DNA of 62,750 nt, filler included, from Trichosphaerium sp. ATCC 40318 (lineage: Eukaryota; Protista; Tubulinea), in assembly GCA_038496445.1 (NCBI GenBank). It is 3 parts of 3 records of this genome, joined end to end, with 100 filler letters (N's around TTAATTAATTAA, not from the genome) between each part and the next. Parts side by side here need not be neighbours in the genome. Positions count along the whole stretch, not along the records: positions 30,733 to 58,845 come from JALMLS010000400.1; 2 more parts are not named here. One strand, given 5' to 3'. Within the stretch, counting starts at the first letter, position 1. Each line of letters begins with the position of its first letter. The translations under genes and the position numbers were made by a program. The notes beneath the pieces are model-generated. The model did not search any database. It was not told the DNA's origin and was given only the letters and a program-made list of their open reading frames with translations. Below, piece after piece: positions 36,096 to 48,699 of this stretch.

Positions 36096-37348
36096 ATGGA
36101 CACGTCATTAGAGCATACGTAAGAAAGCGCCGAAAAATCTTTACAACAAAAAATACTTAGTTCCACTTTATCTCACTCTAGTCGCTTAAAAATTCACTTA
36201 GTAGACTCACTGTGCTACCTACAGAAATATTGGCTTTAATTCTATCCTTTGTATCAAACTCGCGAAAATCCGCCGCTAACACGTGCTCACGGTTACTAAA
36301 AATCATACGCGATATAGTAGGGTTCAAAAGCATTCGCATTAAAACTGCGGCACACGCAAATCTTCTTCAACGATACAGCGGTGTAGTACACCATACAACC
36401 GTTAGAGTCGATTCTCCCTCCGACGGAGTATTGATACTCCTCAAAGGCGTCAAGAACGTCATACTCACGTGTAGGTACATAACAGCGCCACTAAATATCT
36501 CTGCTCTCGCTGGTGTGCACAGGGTATCTCTAGACAACTTGGTTAGTCTACGTGATGAAGATGTAAAGTCACTCTCTGGCGTTCACACGATCAGTATGCG
36601 AAACTGCTCTTCGATTACGGATAAGGGGATAAAACATCTTGCTGGTGTTCACTCCATCTGTCTCTCTAAGACGGCTGTAACAGATGATGGTCTTGTAGCG
36701 CTTTCAGGCGTACATACTATTGATTTGAGCAAAACTGAGGTAACGGATAAAGGAGTTAAGTGCCTAGCTGGTGTTTCTTGTATTAACTTATCAGGTTGTA
36801 AAATAACTGACGAAACACTTCTTGCTCTTAAAGATGTTCGTGATATCAACTTGATGACATGTCTTGACATCACAGACTTAGGAATTAAAGCTTTAAAGAA
36901 CGTGAATACAATATGCTTAGTACTTAATCCGCACGTGACTATAGAAGGTATTAAGTCTTTGTCTGGAGTTTCATCGATTTATCTATGCAATGACAATGTC
37001 ACAGATAACGATATTATCGCACTAAAAGGTCTTCATAAAGCTGTTATTTATTGTAAGAGCATTACAGATGTTGGTGTTAAAGCACTCAAAGGTATTCATG
37101 CTGTTTCTCTTGCTGTAATGAACAAAATTACAGATGAAGGGGTTAAGGCTCTTGCTGGTGCTTCTCTGGTAGAGTTGTATGGATGTGATAACGTTTCTAA
37201 AGATGCAGTCAAAGTACTACGGGATAGTGGTACAGTAGTGGTTCCAAGGCAATGTAGTCAGCTTGAAGATTTTGCCCTTGAGGCAAATCCTAACCATGTC
37301 AGTGTCGAAAAACAAATTGAAAACGTCTTTGAGGTATTCGGGTCTTAG
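36096..37348 (+). CDS. F-box and leucine-rich-repeat protein (tandem paralogue)
   Basis: LPTEILALILSF F-box motif and the same LRR type; the ATG is probably in a short exon 36096-36118, with a GTAAGA..AG intron ending ~36204 that restores the frame. Confidence 0.82.
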
Positions 37349-38751
37349 GGATGGAATGTTAGAACCACCTGTGATCTAAACGCACCAATAAATGTCCAGT
37401 TAGTTAAAATGGTTTTTGGTATCTACCAATACACGTTCTTGAAATCCAAACAAAGGAGCTAACAAGACTGTTTTAAGCGATAATCCAACTTGTATTGCAA
37501 TGCTTGTTATCTGCCTTAACATGTTACACCATATGCTTCACTATGTGAAGTAAACGTGTGGTGCTCATGGCCCTAATGATTGATACTTGTACTCTTCTGT
37601 CTTTAATACTTCGTGAACAGCATTGTATTGGTGCAAGTTCAGCGGAACTTATATCGTTTGCCACCTGATATTTCAACTCTGACAAAAGCAATAAGATCTA
37701 AAGGGTCCAGGTGATACAGTATCGTTCACCCTTGACGAATTTCTTTCATATCAGTCGTCAACTCTAGCACTTACATCTTCATTTTCAGGAAAAAGAATGT
37801 ACTACAGGTGTTAATATTGACGGTTTGATGGTACTTGAAAATACTGAAAAATTATAGGAATACTTGGCCGGGAGAAAACGTGTTTAAGTGTAGTTCAAAG
37901 GACTGTTTTAAACATCTTGTTACCCAAAGTTACAAGAGAAAGTAATGCGAATGTAAGAACCAGTTCTCCGGCAAACCTAGAAGAGATGGTTTCGACTATT
38001 TGTGAAAGTAGATCTCCTTTTGGAAAAGTGTAAGTCTACTCTGTAACACTATGTACTTACAATTTACCTTATAAATAGATATTATGCATCCAACTTGTGT
38101 ACGCTAGCATACTTGTGAGAAGCCCGCTTTCCAACCTCCTTCTACATTCTTACAGCTTACAGTAATGCTTACGCATGGCTGTACAAGTGTTTTACTCTAT
38201 TACAGACGTTTGGGTATACTTCAGTTGACTTTGTATAAATTAACAACAACCTACAAACTTATCAACCAAAAACGTTTGAACAAAGGTAAAATGACAACTA
38301 AGGAGGGTGTTAATAGTCCAATCATAGAAGTGCCAAACTTATTTTCTCGGCCAATGAGATACTATTAAATATTGTTAATAACGACATGGCAAAAGATTTA
38401 GCATCAGTAACCACAAGCCATACGCTATTAATGAAGCTTGTTGTACACCAGTGGCTAGGCAATATCCTTTCATACTAAGTAGGTCTTGTTCTTAAGATCC
38501 TAATATTTTGCTTGTTTTCAAGGAGATTGTGAGGGCGCTTATACGCAGCTTTTAGGCTCCTATGTACATCTACAAGTTTCTGTATATTTAAAAGAAAGTG
38601 TCACAAATACAAGTCCATGAAGAAGTGCACCTATTAACTACGAGACCGAAATACAAGTATTTGTTTATTGTACATTTGGACATTGCTATGAAAAATTGTG
38701 GCTCTTTGTCCACCTTCCTGAAGAGCTACTTAACCCTCTGGCAATGTTGTT

Positions 38752-39515
38752 CTACATCATAGTGCAACGTCTCTTTCGTTTAATAGGTTTTGGTAAACCT
38801 GAATCTTGCTCCTTCCTTATCTCTCGTACAAGTTGATAAAAAGCTTCTTCAACATTTTCACGTGTTTTAGCTGATGTCTCAAAAAAAGGAACGCTGTAAT
38901 GCTTTCCAAGCTCTTCTCCTTCTTCTTTAGAAACTTGTCTTTGTTCTTCTAAATCAACTTTATTCCCAACTATTACTGAAGGGACATAATCTAGATCCTT
39001 GACGCTAAAATGAATCAACAAACCATTTTGATAAAATAATGCGAAAATTGGATTATCAAGTTGTCAAGTGTTCCGTACCTTCTAACTCGGTCATAGAAAG
39101 CTGGTAGTTCCTCAAAAGATGTGCGGCTTGTAATAGCGTAAACAAGTAAAAATCCTTGCCCTGTTCTCATGTACTGTACGGTAACGAATAAGTTAGTTAT
39201 GCACGGCAGCAGACAAAGCCTTACTTGATCACGCATTGCAGAGAACTCTTCTCTTCCTGCTGTATCAAGAATATCCAAGAGAAGCGTCTCGTCGTCCACA
39301 ATACATCGTTTACGATACCTACATAAGAGTTATAGCGCGTTTGAACAAGGAGTAAAGTAAAATGCGTAAAAAGTGTTTTTAATTGATTAAAACGCTTACG
39401 AATCTTCTATGGTAGGGTCGTATTCTTCAAGAAAGTGGTTTTGAATAAGTTGTATTGTAAGTGCAGATTTACCAACACCACCGTCGCCAATAACAACTAT
39501 CTTATATTCAGTCAT
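38752..39515 (-). CDS. ras: Ras-family GTPase, 4 exons, CaaX CTMM, Q61R
   Basis: [70 protein letters not shown]. Confidence 0.93.
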
Positions 39516-40269
39516 CCGGTGCTTCCCCGTTACGTTAAATAAATTGCTGTTTTTGTTGTACTTGACTACGTTAGAAATAATTGGTTGATAAAAATAGAAT
39601 TCAATGCATTTTATTATTAGAAATGTCAGTAGATGACGAAGAATCCGCTCTATCTGTCAACAACCAAATGAAATTGGGTAATCTCCAGTCGTTTAGCAGC
39701 AAACTTTGGACCATCAATCACGTACCAGGTAGACAGAGTCAATTGGAGTGCAAACTTCACAACTGATCTATCAAGCTCAAATTCAGCTTCGTATTTCCAA
39801 CCGTCAGTGGTAAAAACAATTAATTATTGTTGTCAAAGGTTTTTAGCGACCAGTATTCACTAGTATTCATGAGTAAAAAAATTCATTATTCGCCTCTTTT
39901 GCCTGCCAGTAAACAGTCGAAAAGTTTGCGAGTTGACAATTTGGAACTTTTGAAGTAGTCTTCTTACAACCAATCGCTCACTTATGCCACATTATGGCAG
40001 TGTTTTTGAAACTATTTCTTATGTCTTTTGTTACATTCCAACAACCTTCTTAATATCTTTACACCAGAGAGTTTAGTAAGGCACTCATTTGCTACGTTTG
40101 TCCATGATAGATCAACTTTACTCAATGTAACTGTAGTTTTAGTCTTGCTGGTATTTTGATCGCAACTGTTACTCTTGGTTCAATGACCATTTTGCCTTGC
40201 ATGGATCCGAAACTTGGTTTCAAAAGTACAATGTTCCTGAAGCTACGTAACCTCTACCAAGTGATTTTT

Positions 40270-41045
40270 TTACATCATAGTGCAACGTCTCTTTTGTTTA
40301 ATAGGTTTTGATGTAACTGGATCTCGCTTCTTCCTTATCTCTCGTACAAGTTGATAAAAGGCTTCTTCAACATTTTCATTTGTTTTAGCTGATGTCTCAT
40401 AAAAAGGTATGGAGTAATACTGCTTTCCAAGCTCTTCTCCTTCTTCTTTAGTAACTTGTCTGGCTTCTTCTAAATCGGCTTTATTCCCGACTATTACTGA
40501 AGGGACATAATCTAGATCCTTTATCCTAAAATAAATCAACAAACCATTTTTGATAAAATAATGCGAAAATTGGATTATCAACTTATCATGTTCCGTACCT
40601 CCTAACTTGGTCATAGAAAGCTGGTAGTTCCTCAAAAGATGTGCGGCTTGTAATAGTGTAAACAAGTAAAAATCCTTCACATGATCTCATGAACTGTACG
40701 TTAACGAATAATTTAGTTACACATGGCAGCTGACAGAGTGCTTACTTGATCACACAATACAGAGAAGTCATCTCTTCCTGCTGTATCAAGAATATCCAAT
40801 ACAAGAGTCTCATCGTCTACACTGCATTGTTTGCGATACCTACATAAGAGTTATAACGCGTTTGAACCAAAAAGACAAGAAAAGCGTAAAAGTACGTAAA
40901 AAGTGTTTTTAATTGATCAAAACACTTACCAATTTTCTATGGTAGGGTCATAGTCATTAACAAAGTTACCGCTTATTAATTGTATTGTAAGAGCTGATTT
41001 CCCAACACCAGTGCTTCCAATGACTAGTATCTTGTATACAGACAT
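40270..41045 (-). CDS. Ras-family GTPase, divergent tandem paralogue
   Basis: [48 protein letters not shown]; same intron positions as the neighbouring gene. Confidence 0.9.
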
Positions 41046-41568
41046 TCAATAGCCTTCCGTTTTGTTATAAATTGCTGTTATTGTTGTACTGACCCATTAG
41101 AAATATTGGTTGATAAAAATAGAATTTCAACAAAAAACTGTTTGGCAATTGTTGGTCCTTGACAGCACAATAAATTGTCAAATTGTTGCTGAAAGGATGA
41201 CGTATAATATGAAGCTTTGTAACAGCTCTGTCAAGCTCAATTAATGCATGATAGTTACGAACAGATTGCTGAAAAAGTCAATATTTGGAAAAAGTTTCTT
41301 GTCACTTAACACGTAAGCTTTTGGTTATTTGGGTGCTTTGGTTGTACCGCACAATAAGTAGCATATTCGAATTACATATTATTGGAGAAGTACTTCCAGA
41401 ATGAACGCAAAACATATGTTGCTTTTCCGTTCACTAGTAGTCGTATCAGGTACATAAAAAAAAACCTGAAAAACACGATTTTGCTATGAACCCTTTTCAG
41501 TTAAGATTTACAACAATTTGACAACTATTCATTATGATTAAGTCACGTGTGTTAAAAAAAGTAATAAA

Positions 41569-41830
41569 CTAAAATGTTAAATGTAATATGTTTTGCAACT
41601 CATAGAAATGAACATGCTCCCCATAGCTTGCACGTTCTATACCTTCAGATTCAGTTACTTCTCTTTCATCTTCTAGATCACACTTATTCGCCACCTACAT
41701 AACGAGTGACTGGATAGTCTAAAACAAATAAAAAACCAAAAGTGCATACCAATATCATTGATGTCTTGACATGCTAAACACGCATGATCTGTTCTAAAAA
41801 TAAAAACTAGAGTGGCAATACTGTTATGCC
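41569..41830 (-). pseudogene. small GTPase fragment
   Basis: VANKCDLEDEREVTESEG..HFYE, preceded by an in-frame stop; no P-loop found. Confidence 0.5.
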
Positions 41831-42074
41831 AGACGATATGGCTTTTTGTATGGATGGCTGTGACACTTCCTTCTTTGATATGTAATCTTTGGCTTCAGTG
41901 GGGAGATTACTGGAGCGATGTTAGGTACTATCACGAAATTGTAATAGTACATTGGCAGAAGAAAAAGTTATCAGCTGTAAATGATCTAAAAGACTTAAAA
42001 GTAGCGCCAAGAGCTACCAAATGTTCCACATCGAGGTTATAGATGATTAACAAGTATTTCACGCGGAAACGATT

Positions 42075-42970
42075 CAAGAGGTAATACATCGGCTTCCTCC
42101 TTCTCCATGGACTGTATTAACAATCTCAACGGGTTTTATTTGTTGATATTTTAGCAAAAACTAACATCAAATTCTATGCCCGTGTTCTGTTTCTATTATG
42201 GCAGATACTAGTACACCAAAAGCTTCGTTTACTACAAACACAAGTAAGAAACTACATTAAAATGATACTTATGTTCTAACATACCGTTTGTGCTATCTTT
42301 GGCTGATGCTTCTATGAACTTTATCTTGAATTTATCAGCTAATGCCTAAGATGAATATCAAAAGACCGTATTTTCTTTAGAATACAACTTATTGACTTTA
42401 CCTTGGCAACAGCATAATCAATTTTACGGTCATAAAAAAGATCACTTTTTGTTCCAACAAGTATTATTGGAATATTGTGCATTGCATATCGTTCAACCTC
42501 TTTCAGCCAGTTTTTTACATTATCAAAAGACTGATGGCATGTAATATCATAAAAAACCAAAACACCTTTAGCAGCTCTAAATGGACGTAGCATATCTTGT
42601 GTGATGAATCGGTGCTGACCTATAGAAACATGTTTAAAACAAACCCTCATATAGCAACAAACACACTGAAAGTATCCCAAACGTTGAGTTTTACTTGGTG
42701 GCCGTCAACTTGAATTGTTTTAAACTTCTACGAAAACATGAGCTAGAATTTCTAACACGTGATGTTAAACTAAAATGTAAGCAGCGTATTGCTGGGAGAA
42801 CAACGTTTTGGGCATTGTTTGCATGTTGCACGTATTACGTAATAATGATCACCCAATGTGGCTTCACTTTCTGAAAATGTGTTATCAACGAATCTCAGTA
42901 CAAAGTTTGTCTTTCCAACGCCAGTATCACCAATAGTAATGACTTTGTACGATAGTTCTCTACAACTCAA
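42075..42970 (-). CDS. divergent Rab1-like GTPase, multi-exon; start and end uncertain
   Basis: IGDTGVGKT, KLNVWDTFSQ, FYDIT..SFDNVKNWLKEVERYA, VGTKSD, EASAKD. Confidence 0.78.
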
Positions 42971-43522
42971 TGTAAGCTATGGTAACAAGCCTAAAACCGA
43001 ATGTACTGTTCTACATTCGACGTCTTAGTATTCGCTGGAGGGTTTGAAGGGGCTACAAATGCGTAAGTCAATCAATTCATACGCTTTGATAACCGCAAGG
43101 TTGGCATACTGACTTACCTTTAATTTTTGTATCTTTGCTGCTTTTACTTCCCATTTATTTGATTTTAGTAAATCTGCAGTTTTACGTTTCCAGTTTAACT
43201 TAATTGCTGGCTTGTTTAAGACAGGCTTCCAAAGAGTCCTCACTATTGGAGGCAAGAAGGCGCTGCCTGTACATACAGGACAGTTTTATGATTTTCTGAT
43301 ACAAATTGGAAAAGCAGTTTTGTCTTCTAGCCCAAAGGCTAGTTCAACACGTGATTCAGAGGCACGGTATTTTTTGCGCCATTTACCTTTGTAAAAATTG
43401 TTATCAAGGCTAGCGTGTGTATTGACATTTCTCTAGTCCGTTTTAATGTGCTGCTGTCGATTGTATCATCTATTTTGGATTGATATTTATTACGGAATAA
43501 CGAAATTGTTTGATAACAATTA

Positions 43523-45495
43523 GTGAAAAGTATAAAATGTCCCAACCACAGGTAAAATGTCCCCACTATTCAACACTTTTTTTGAACAAAAAATTGATGC
43601 TACGCTCTTAAAAAAAATACTTTTTTATTCTGATTTTAACATGATGTGTCCATTCGCGTTGAGTACCAGTTACCAAAAGATCGCCCTCCTGTACATTCTT
43701 CTTCGTGCATTTCAACCATTTTTTTTCCATCAAATTCTTTTAAGCAGCATGGGCATGACCCATACTGATCACAGACTTCACACCACACCCACGTAGATCC
43801 TCCCCTCCATATGCGCTCGCCACATATCTGACAGGTCTCACATTCATTTTTGTACTTCTTCTTAGCAGCGGCAAGTTTTTTTTCCTGTTTTTTTTTTCTT
43901 TTTTCTGTCTTGTCTCCTCTCTATGAACATTCTCCTCCTCAATTTTTTTTTGTTTAGCATCTCTCTTGAGTTGCCTTAGCTCTGCCTTGTGTTTAATTTC
44001 TTGTTCTTTATCTATCTTTTTTTTTTTGCTAATTCAACCATTTGGGTAGCAATATAAGCATCCCCTTTTGGTACTGTCATTGGACCGATTGTTAGGGCAT
44101 TTCCTTGATTGCTGTGGCTGTATAGCTCATCAATAGCGTTTTTGGCTTTTTTAGCAGTATCGGTGATGAAGGAAGGTGATTGTTTAGGTTGGACCCCTAC
44201 ATTTTTTGAAGCATGATTTAAGATCAACTGTCTGTTGTAGGGTACAATGCCCACGGACTTCCATGCCGATTTTAAGATTTTGGGAGACAGTGCTTTGGTC
44301 TCTGCAGCTGCAACAGCCATTATGTCATAACGTCGTGTTTTATGTTTGATCTCTGTGCCACTTTCAATTGTAATTTTCCTGTTTAATTTATATGCCTGAG
44401 CTAGGGTAGCAAATGGCTTGTCATCTAAGGGTTGCGTGAAATGTGAGGTATGAGGCACCCATGTGATAGTGTGTACATGCTGTTCAAGGCATTTTTGTAA
44501 CGATTCTGTTTTAATGTGGCTGGCCAATCTATCAAGGAATAAAAATGCAACCCTGTCCCCTTGAAAAATTTTCAAGTGCTTTAAGAACACATCAAGAATT
44601 TTTGGCCAAATTTCGTTGGTCACATACCCTTTACCATGAAATATATAGTATCTAAGCCATGAAGAGCGGGTATTTGTTGGTCTGGGTACTGTCATTTGAT
44701 GCACTTTTTGTTCATCACCTTTGTTTTTTGCTGCCATTATATAAATTGACACCAGTACACGTCCAGAGGCTGAAACAAACGGAATCAACGTGAGAGGGCT
44801 GCTTGTGTTATTGTTCAGCCGCCCAGCAATTTTCATCGTTCTATCTTGAAAGGTAATGTGTTGATACTTGTCACTTGATGCTGTTATCAACTTTTCGTCA
44901 CAATTGAACATCAAATCTGGGTTCATATAATACATCTCTGAGAATCACTCAAAACCATCACACCAAGCTTCTACACGTGGCAGAGTGACAGGAGATACAC
45001 GGCAGCAACGAATTGTCTTCGAAACAGTGGCTTTGAGTTCAATATTGTGTCTTTCAGTGAAGCCATCACACCAAGCTTCCATACTGGTCGACTTCTTCTT
45101 CTTGTAAAGACTTTGTGCCATAGATATCAAGGCTGCACGTGATAGAGGCATATGACGCCCGCTAAAACTCAAACAGTAGCCAACCAACATTTCTTCTTCC
45201 AAATCCGTAAAAAGTTGGTTGCCCTGAGATTTGAAATTCTCCGAATTCTCCTTTGCAAATGCCCTCTGAACACGCTTTCGTAGCGATTCTGATTTAACAC
45301 AGTGTTTTTTAGCCACTGTGATGCAAATTTGACGAATTGAGAGTGTTTGTGAAGGTTTACGCTTCTTTAGTTTATAAAGTACTTCCTTTGTGGCCTCTGC
45401 CATGTTTTTAGCCTTTGTGGCACTTCTGCGAGGCATTTTAAAAATTGAAAAGTGGGGACATTTTACCTAGAATTGGGACATTTTATACTTTTCAC
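43523..45495 (-). mobile_element. pogo/Tigger-like Tc1/mariner DNA transposon with ~50-bp imperfect TIRs and TA flanks
   Basis: TA-GTGAAAAGTATAAAATGTCCCAA..GGTAAAATGTCCCCACT at the left end and its reverse complement ending 45495-TA at the right end; encloses a transposase. Confidence 0.92.
43670..45436 (-). pseudogene. CENP-B-type HTH + DDE_1 transposase with C-terminal Cys-rich (PHD-like) finger; disrupted
   Basis: Catalytic motifs FNCDEK, FLDRLASH, QPLDDKPF; in-frame TGA at 44945-44947; A-tract frameshifts before CQICG..WVWCEVC..CPCC. Confidence 0.85.
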
Positions 45496-45904
45496 TAATT
45501 CTGGTATCTTTTTCTGAAAAACATTTTGTGTTTTGTAGCATTGGCAGTAACGACAATAATCACGTGGTGCCTCTACCAATCAAAAAGGTTAAGTTTTTTC
45601 AAATCGGAGCTTGCAACAGTCGCTTTTTGCCGTGCCTATTTTATGATGACTTAGCCATATTGAGTAATAGTTGAACACTCTTGCAGGGCATGGATCGGTT
45701 GTTTAGTACAGGATGATTGCCTTTAAGTTGAGTTAAAATTTTTGCGTTTTTATAAAAACTACTATAATAACACGTGGTACCATCTCATCGCATCTAGCTA
45801 CATAGTTCGCGTGTTCAGTAGAAACTAAACAATAAACGGTAGTAAGCAACAGATTCATTCAACGACGCTACTGTGCACTTACCTGGTACTAGACCTATTA
45901 AATA

Positions 45905-48295
45905 ATGGACAACAACAACAAAAACAGCGATAAAAACGTACACCAATCAGTTTTTTTTCTTTTTTTCTTCATATTAATGCTGTTCAGGATGTAGATCACG
46001 TGATTCCAATTACCAAGCCGCCAGTGTTGGATGATCAAAGTGCGTTTTAAATTTTAAACGAGTACAGTTTCCCTGGACTAAGTGTTTGGCCTTCTGTTCG
46101 CGAAACTGGGCTACAGCGTGTTGTATTTCGTAGAAACACGTGTGTTTTGGCGCCATTTGTCCGACATTTCCATTAAACAGCTCCTTCAAGTTGAGCTATA
46201 ACTCTATAATTGTGAACGCTCAAAACAGTTCTAACCTTTTTTACAGGCAATGACCAGTTGTTTAACGAAGTTATGGCTTTTGCTAAAAAGGCCATAAAGA
46301 TGCACAATTCGAAACCCAGGAATCCCCAGATTAACCTAAATGATGCCACACAATTCAAAGCATGTGAGTATTTATCAAAGGGAGAATGGAAAGAGCTTGT
46401 TAACAGTGATAACAAACTAAGTAAAAAAACTGAAAGACGAAGGTAAAATTTTTGATTTGTTTTGGTTTGGATTGTTCTTATTTAACCTTACACGAAAATG
46501 AACTTAGTATACGAGATGCTGCAAATATGGTTAAAATGTATATCGTAATACAAAAAGATCTACAAGGGTTTAAAAAGCACCTGAAAGAACTGAATGCAGT
46601 ACACTTTTTTTTTGTTATCACAGTGATATGGACACATTGCTTATGATTTTAGACTCGAACAAAAAGGGGAAACAAAGTACCAGGACACTTTTTGAGAACC
46701 TATTCTGCAGCAGTCTTTATGAAAAATGATACAGCGAGAAAGCAGGTAGTGTTGGGTTTTTTTTTTAATGTTTTACAAATTTATTTGTTTTTTAAGTTAC
46801 TCGTTGCTCTCTGTAGATGCTTGTTCTCAGGGATAAATGCCCGCAATGGCGGAATGTTTTCCAATGCTCAAATGGCACAAGATAAGGTACAGATAAGGAG
46901 GTTTTAAGTAGTGTCTTCAAAGGTATTGACGAAAAAATTAGTTGAAAGAGTTTTTGCACATGAACGGCCTTGTATTCAAAGAGCCTGAACAATTCAAGCC
47001 AGATAGCATATACAAGGCTGTTACAAGCTTCGATTTAGATCTGTTATTCAATAGAGGTGGCTTTAAAGACACTGTGTATGCGTTGGAGATATACGACACG
47101 AGAGTGTCTTGGAAGTCGTTACATTGTGGGTACATTGTTCAAGAAATGCTACTAGAAATGTACCCAACGCGATTTGATTTAGGTACTAGCCTCACGTGTT
47201 TTTTTTCCCATCTTGTTTGCCTCATCTAAATAAACGTAGCAAAGCAGTTGCTTGAACATTACAAAAAAGCACTGAGTGTAACGGATTGCAACAAAATGAA
47301 GACAGCTATCTTAACAAAAGAAAAACTACTAGCGCATGCGAAACATCAAGCAGAAGACTATGCTCAAAGAGAAAAAATGTATATAGCGAAAAAATCAATC
47401 AAACGAGAGAAGGAAATACAACAGGAGGGTAAGAACCGTGGTGACACAGAAGTTACACTAAATAGGAGATCATACATTGGTTTTTTTCCCTCTTTTCTTT
47501 CTTGATCCAGAAAACAAAACTAACAAGTTGTAGATCCTATGGACTGTGAAGATTCTAGAATAGGTGATCCAATATTGAGTCCTCCTGTTATTAAAGACAA
47601 TCAAACTGTTCATGCTTGTTTTGAGTGGCTTAAACAAAATACAGGTAGTTAGTTTTTTTTTGTTCTTAAATGACTTCTAATAATGGTTTGCAGTCATGGG
47701 TGAAATTTACAACTCTAAGAACCTGCAACAAAGTAATGAACAAGGAGAAGATCATGATGATTCAAGAATGAATGATTTGGAACCTGAGCAAAATGTCTCT
47801 GAAGAAAAAAATGCAGAAAAGTCAGACCAAGACATTGTGATAAGAAAAAGAAAATCAAGAGTTACGGCAACTACAAGTACCAAGAAACAGCGAAAAAAAC
47901 CACCATTGCGGTATACATTTGATGTAAATCACAAGGCCGCTGTACAAATTAAAACAGAAACGCCAGACACAGTACCAATTGCATTCCTCGCAAAAGAGCA
48001 GTTGCCATCAACTCAACCAACAAATAATGACTTTGGCAATGGTACCTGGGATATATTGTTATTCTTTATGAATAATATCTCTGTAGATGGTTTACCCGAC
48101 AATTTTGAAGAACTAGACACGGATTATATAATGGTAGTTCGTTTTAGTAAGTCATTCTTCTTTAATCACTGTTTTTTTATTAAAAAGTTGGATTAGGAGG
48201 CAAAAGCTATTTCAAGACACCAGCAACTAAGAAGTTTATTAAAGAAAAAGATCTACCGAATGTCAGGATCTAGAGACAAAAAGATTTATCAGTGA
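45905..48295 (+). CDS. multi-exon protein of unknown function, paralogue A
   Basis: Exonic blocks shared with 48700-50961 (FDLDLLFNxGxFxDTxYxLEI, WKSLHCGYxVQxMLLEMYPTRFDL); GT-AG introns. Confidence 0.6.
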
Positions 48296-48699
48296 TAGCA
48301 ATCGATCATGTCAAGTAAATCACGTGATTGTTATATATTGAACGTGGACTTCCCATCACTTTTCTTGAGCTTGCTATATCCGGTTATCACCTTGCGTATG
48401 TTTGCTAATTTTTCCACTTTTGTCACGTGATCACTGTGTTTTAAATACAAGTTGTTAAGCGACAAATTGACAAGAATAAAACATTTCATAACGTTTACTC
48501 AGCGCATCACCTATTATTAAGCTATTATCTCTCTGCTGTAAGGTACACATGAGATTTATCTAATAGCAACACTGTACGCTATTATAACTCACTCACTCAG
48601 TCAAATTCAGGCGTTACAAGTTAATAATTAAGAGGATACAGCAAACTGTCATATAGGAAAAAACCGTTGGTGTGAATTCTCAAACAAAGTTAAAAGACA

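Noticed and set aside
44945-44947. TGA read-through in the nuclear transposase as a sign of a nuclear code change
   Set aside because: Nuclear genes here use TGG for conserved Trp and their long ORFs lack in-frame TGA; a simple nonsense mutation is more likely
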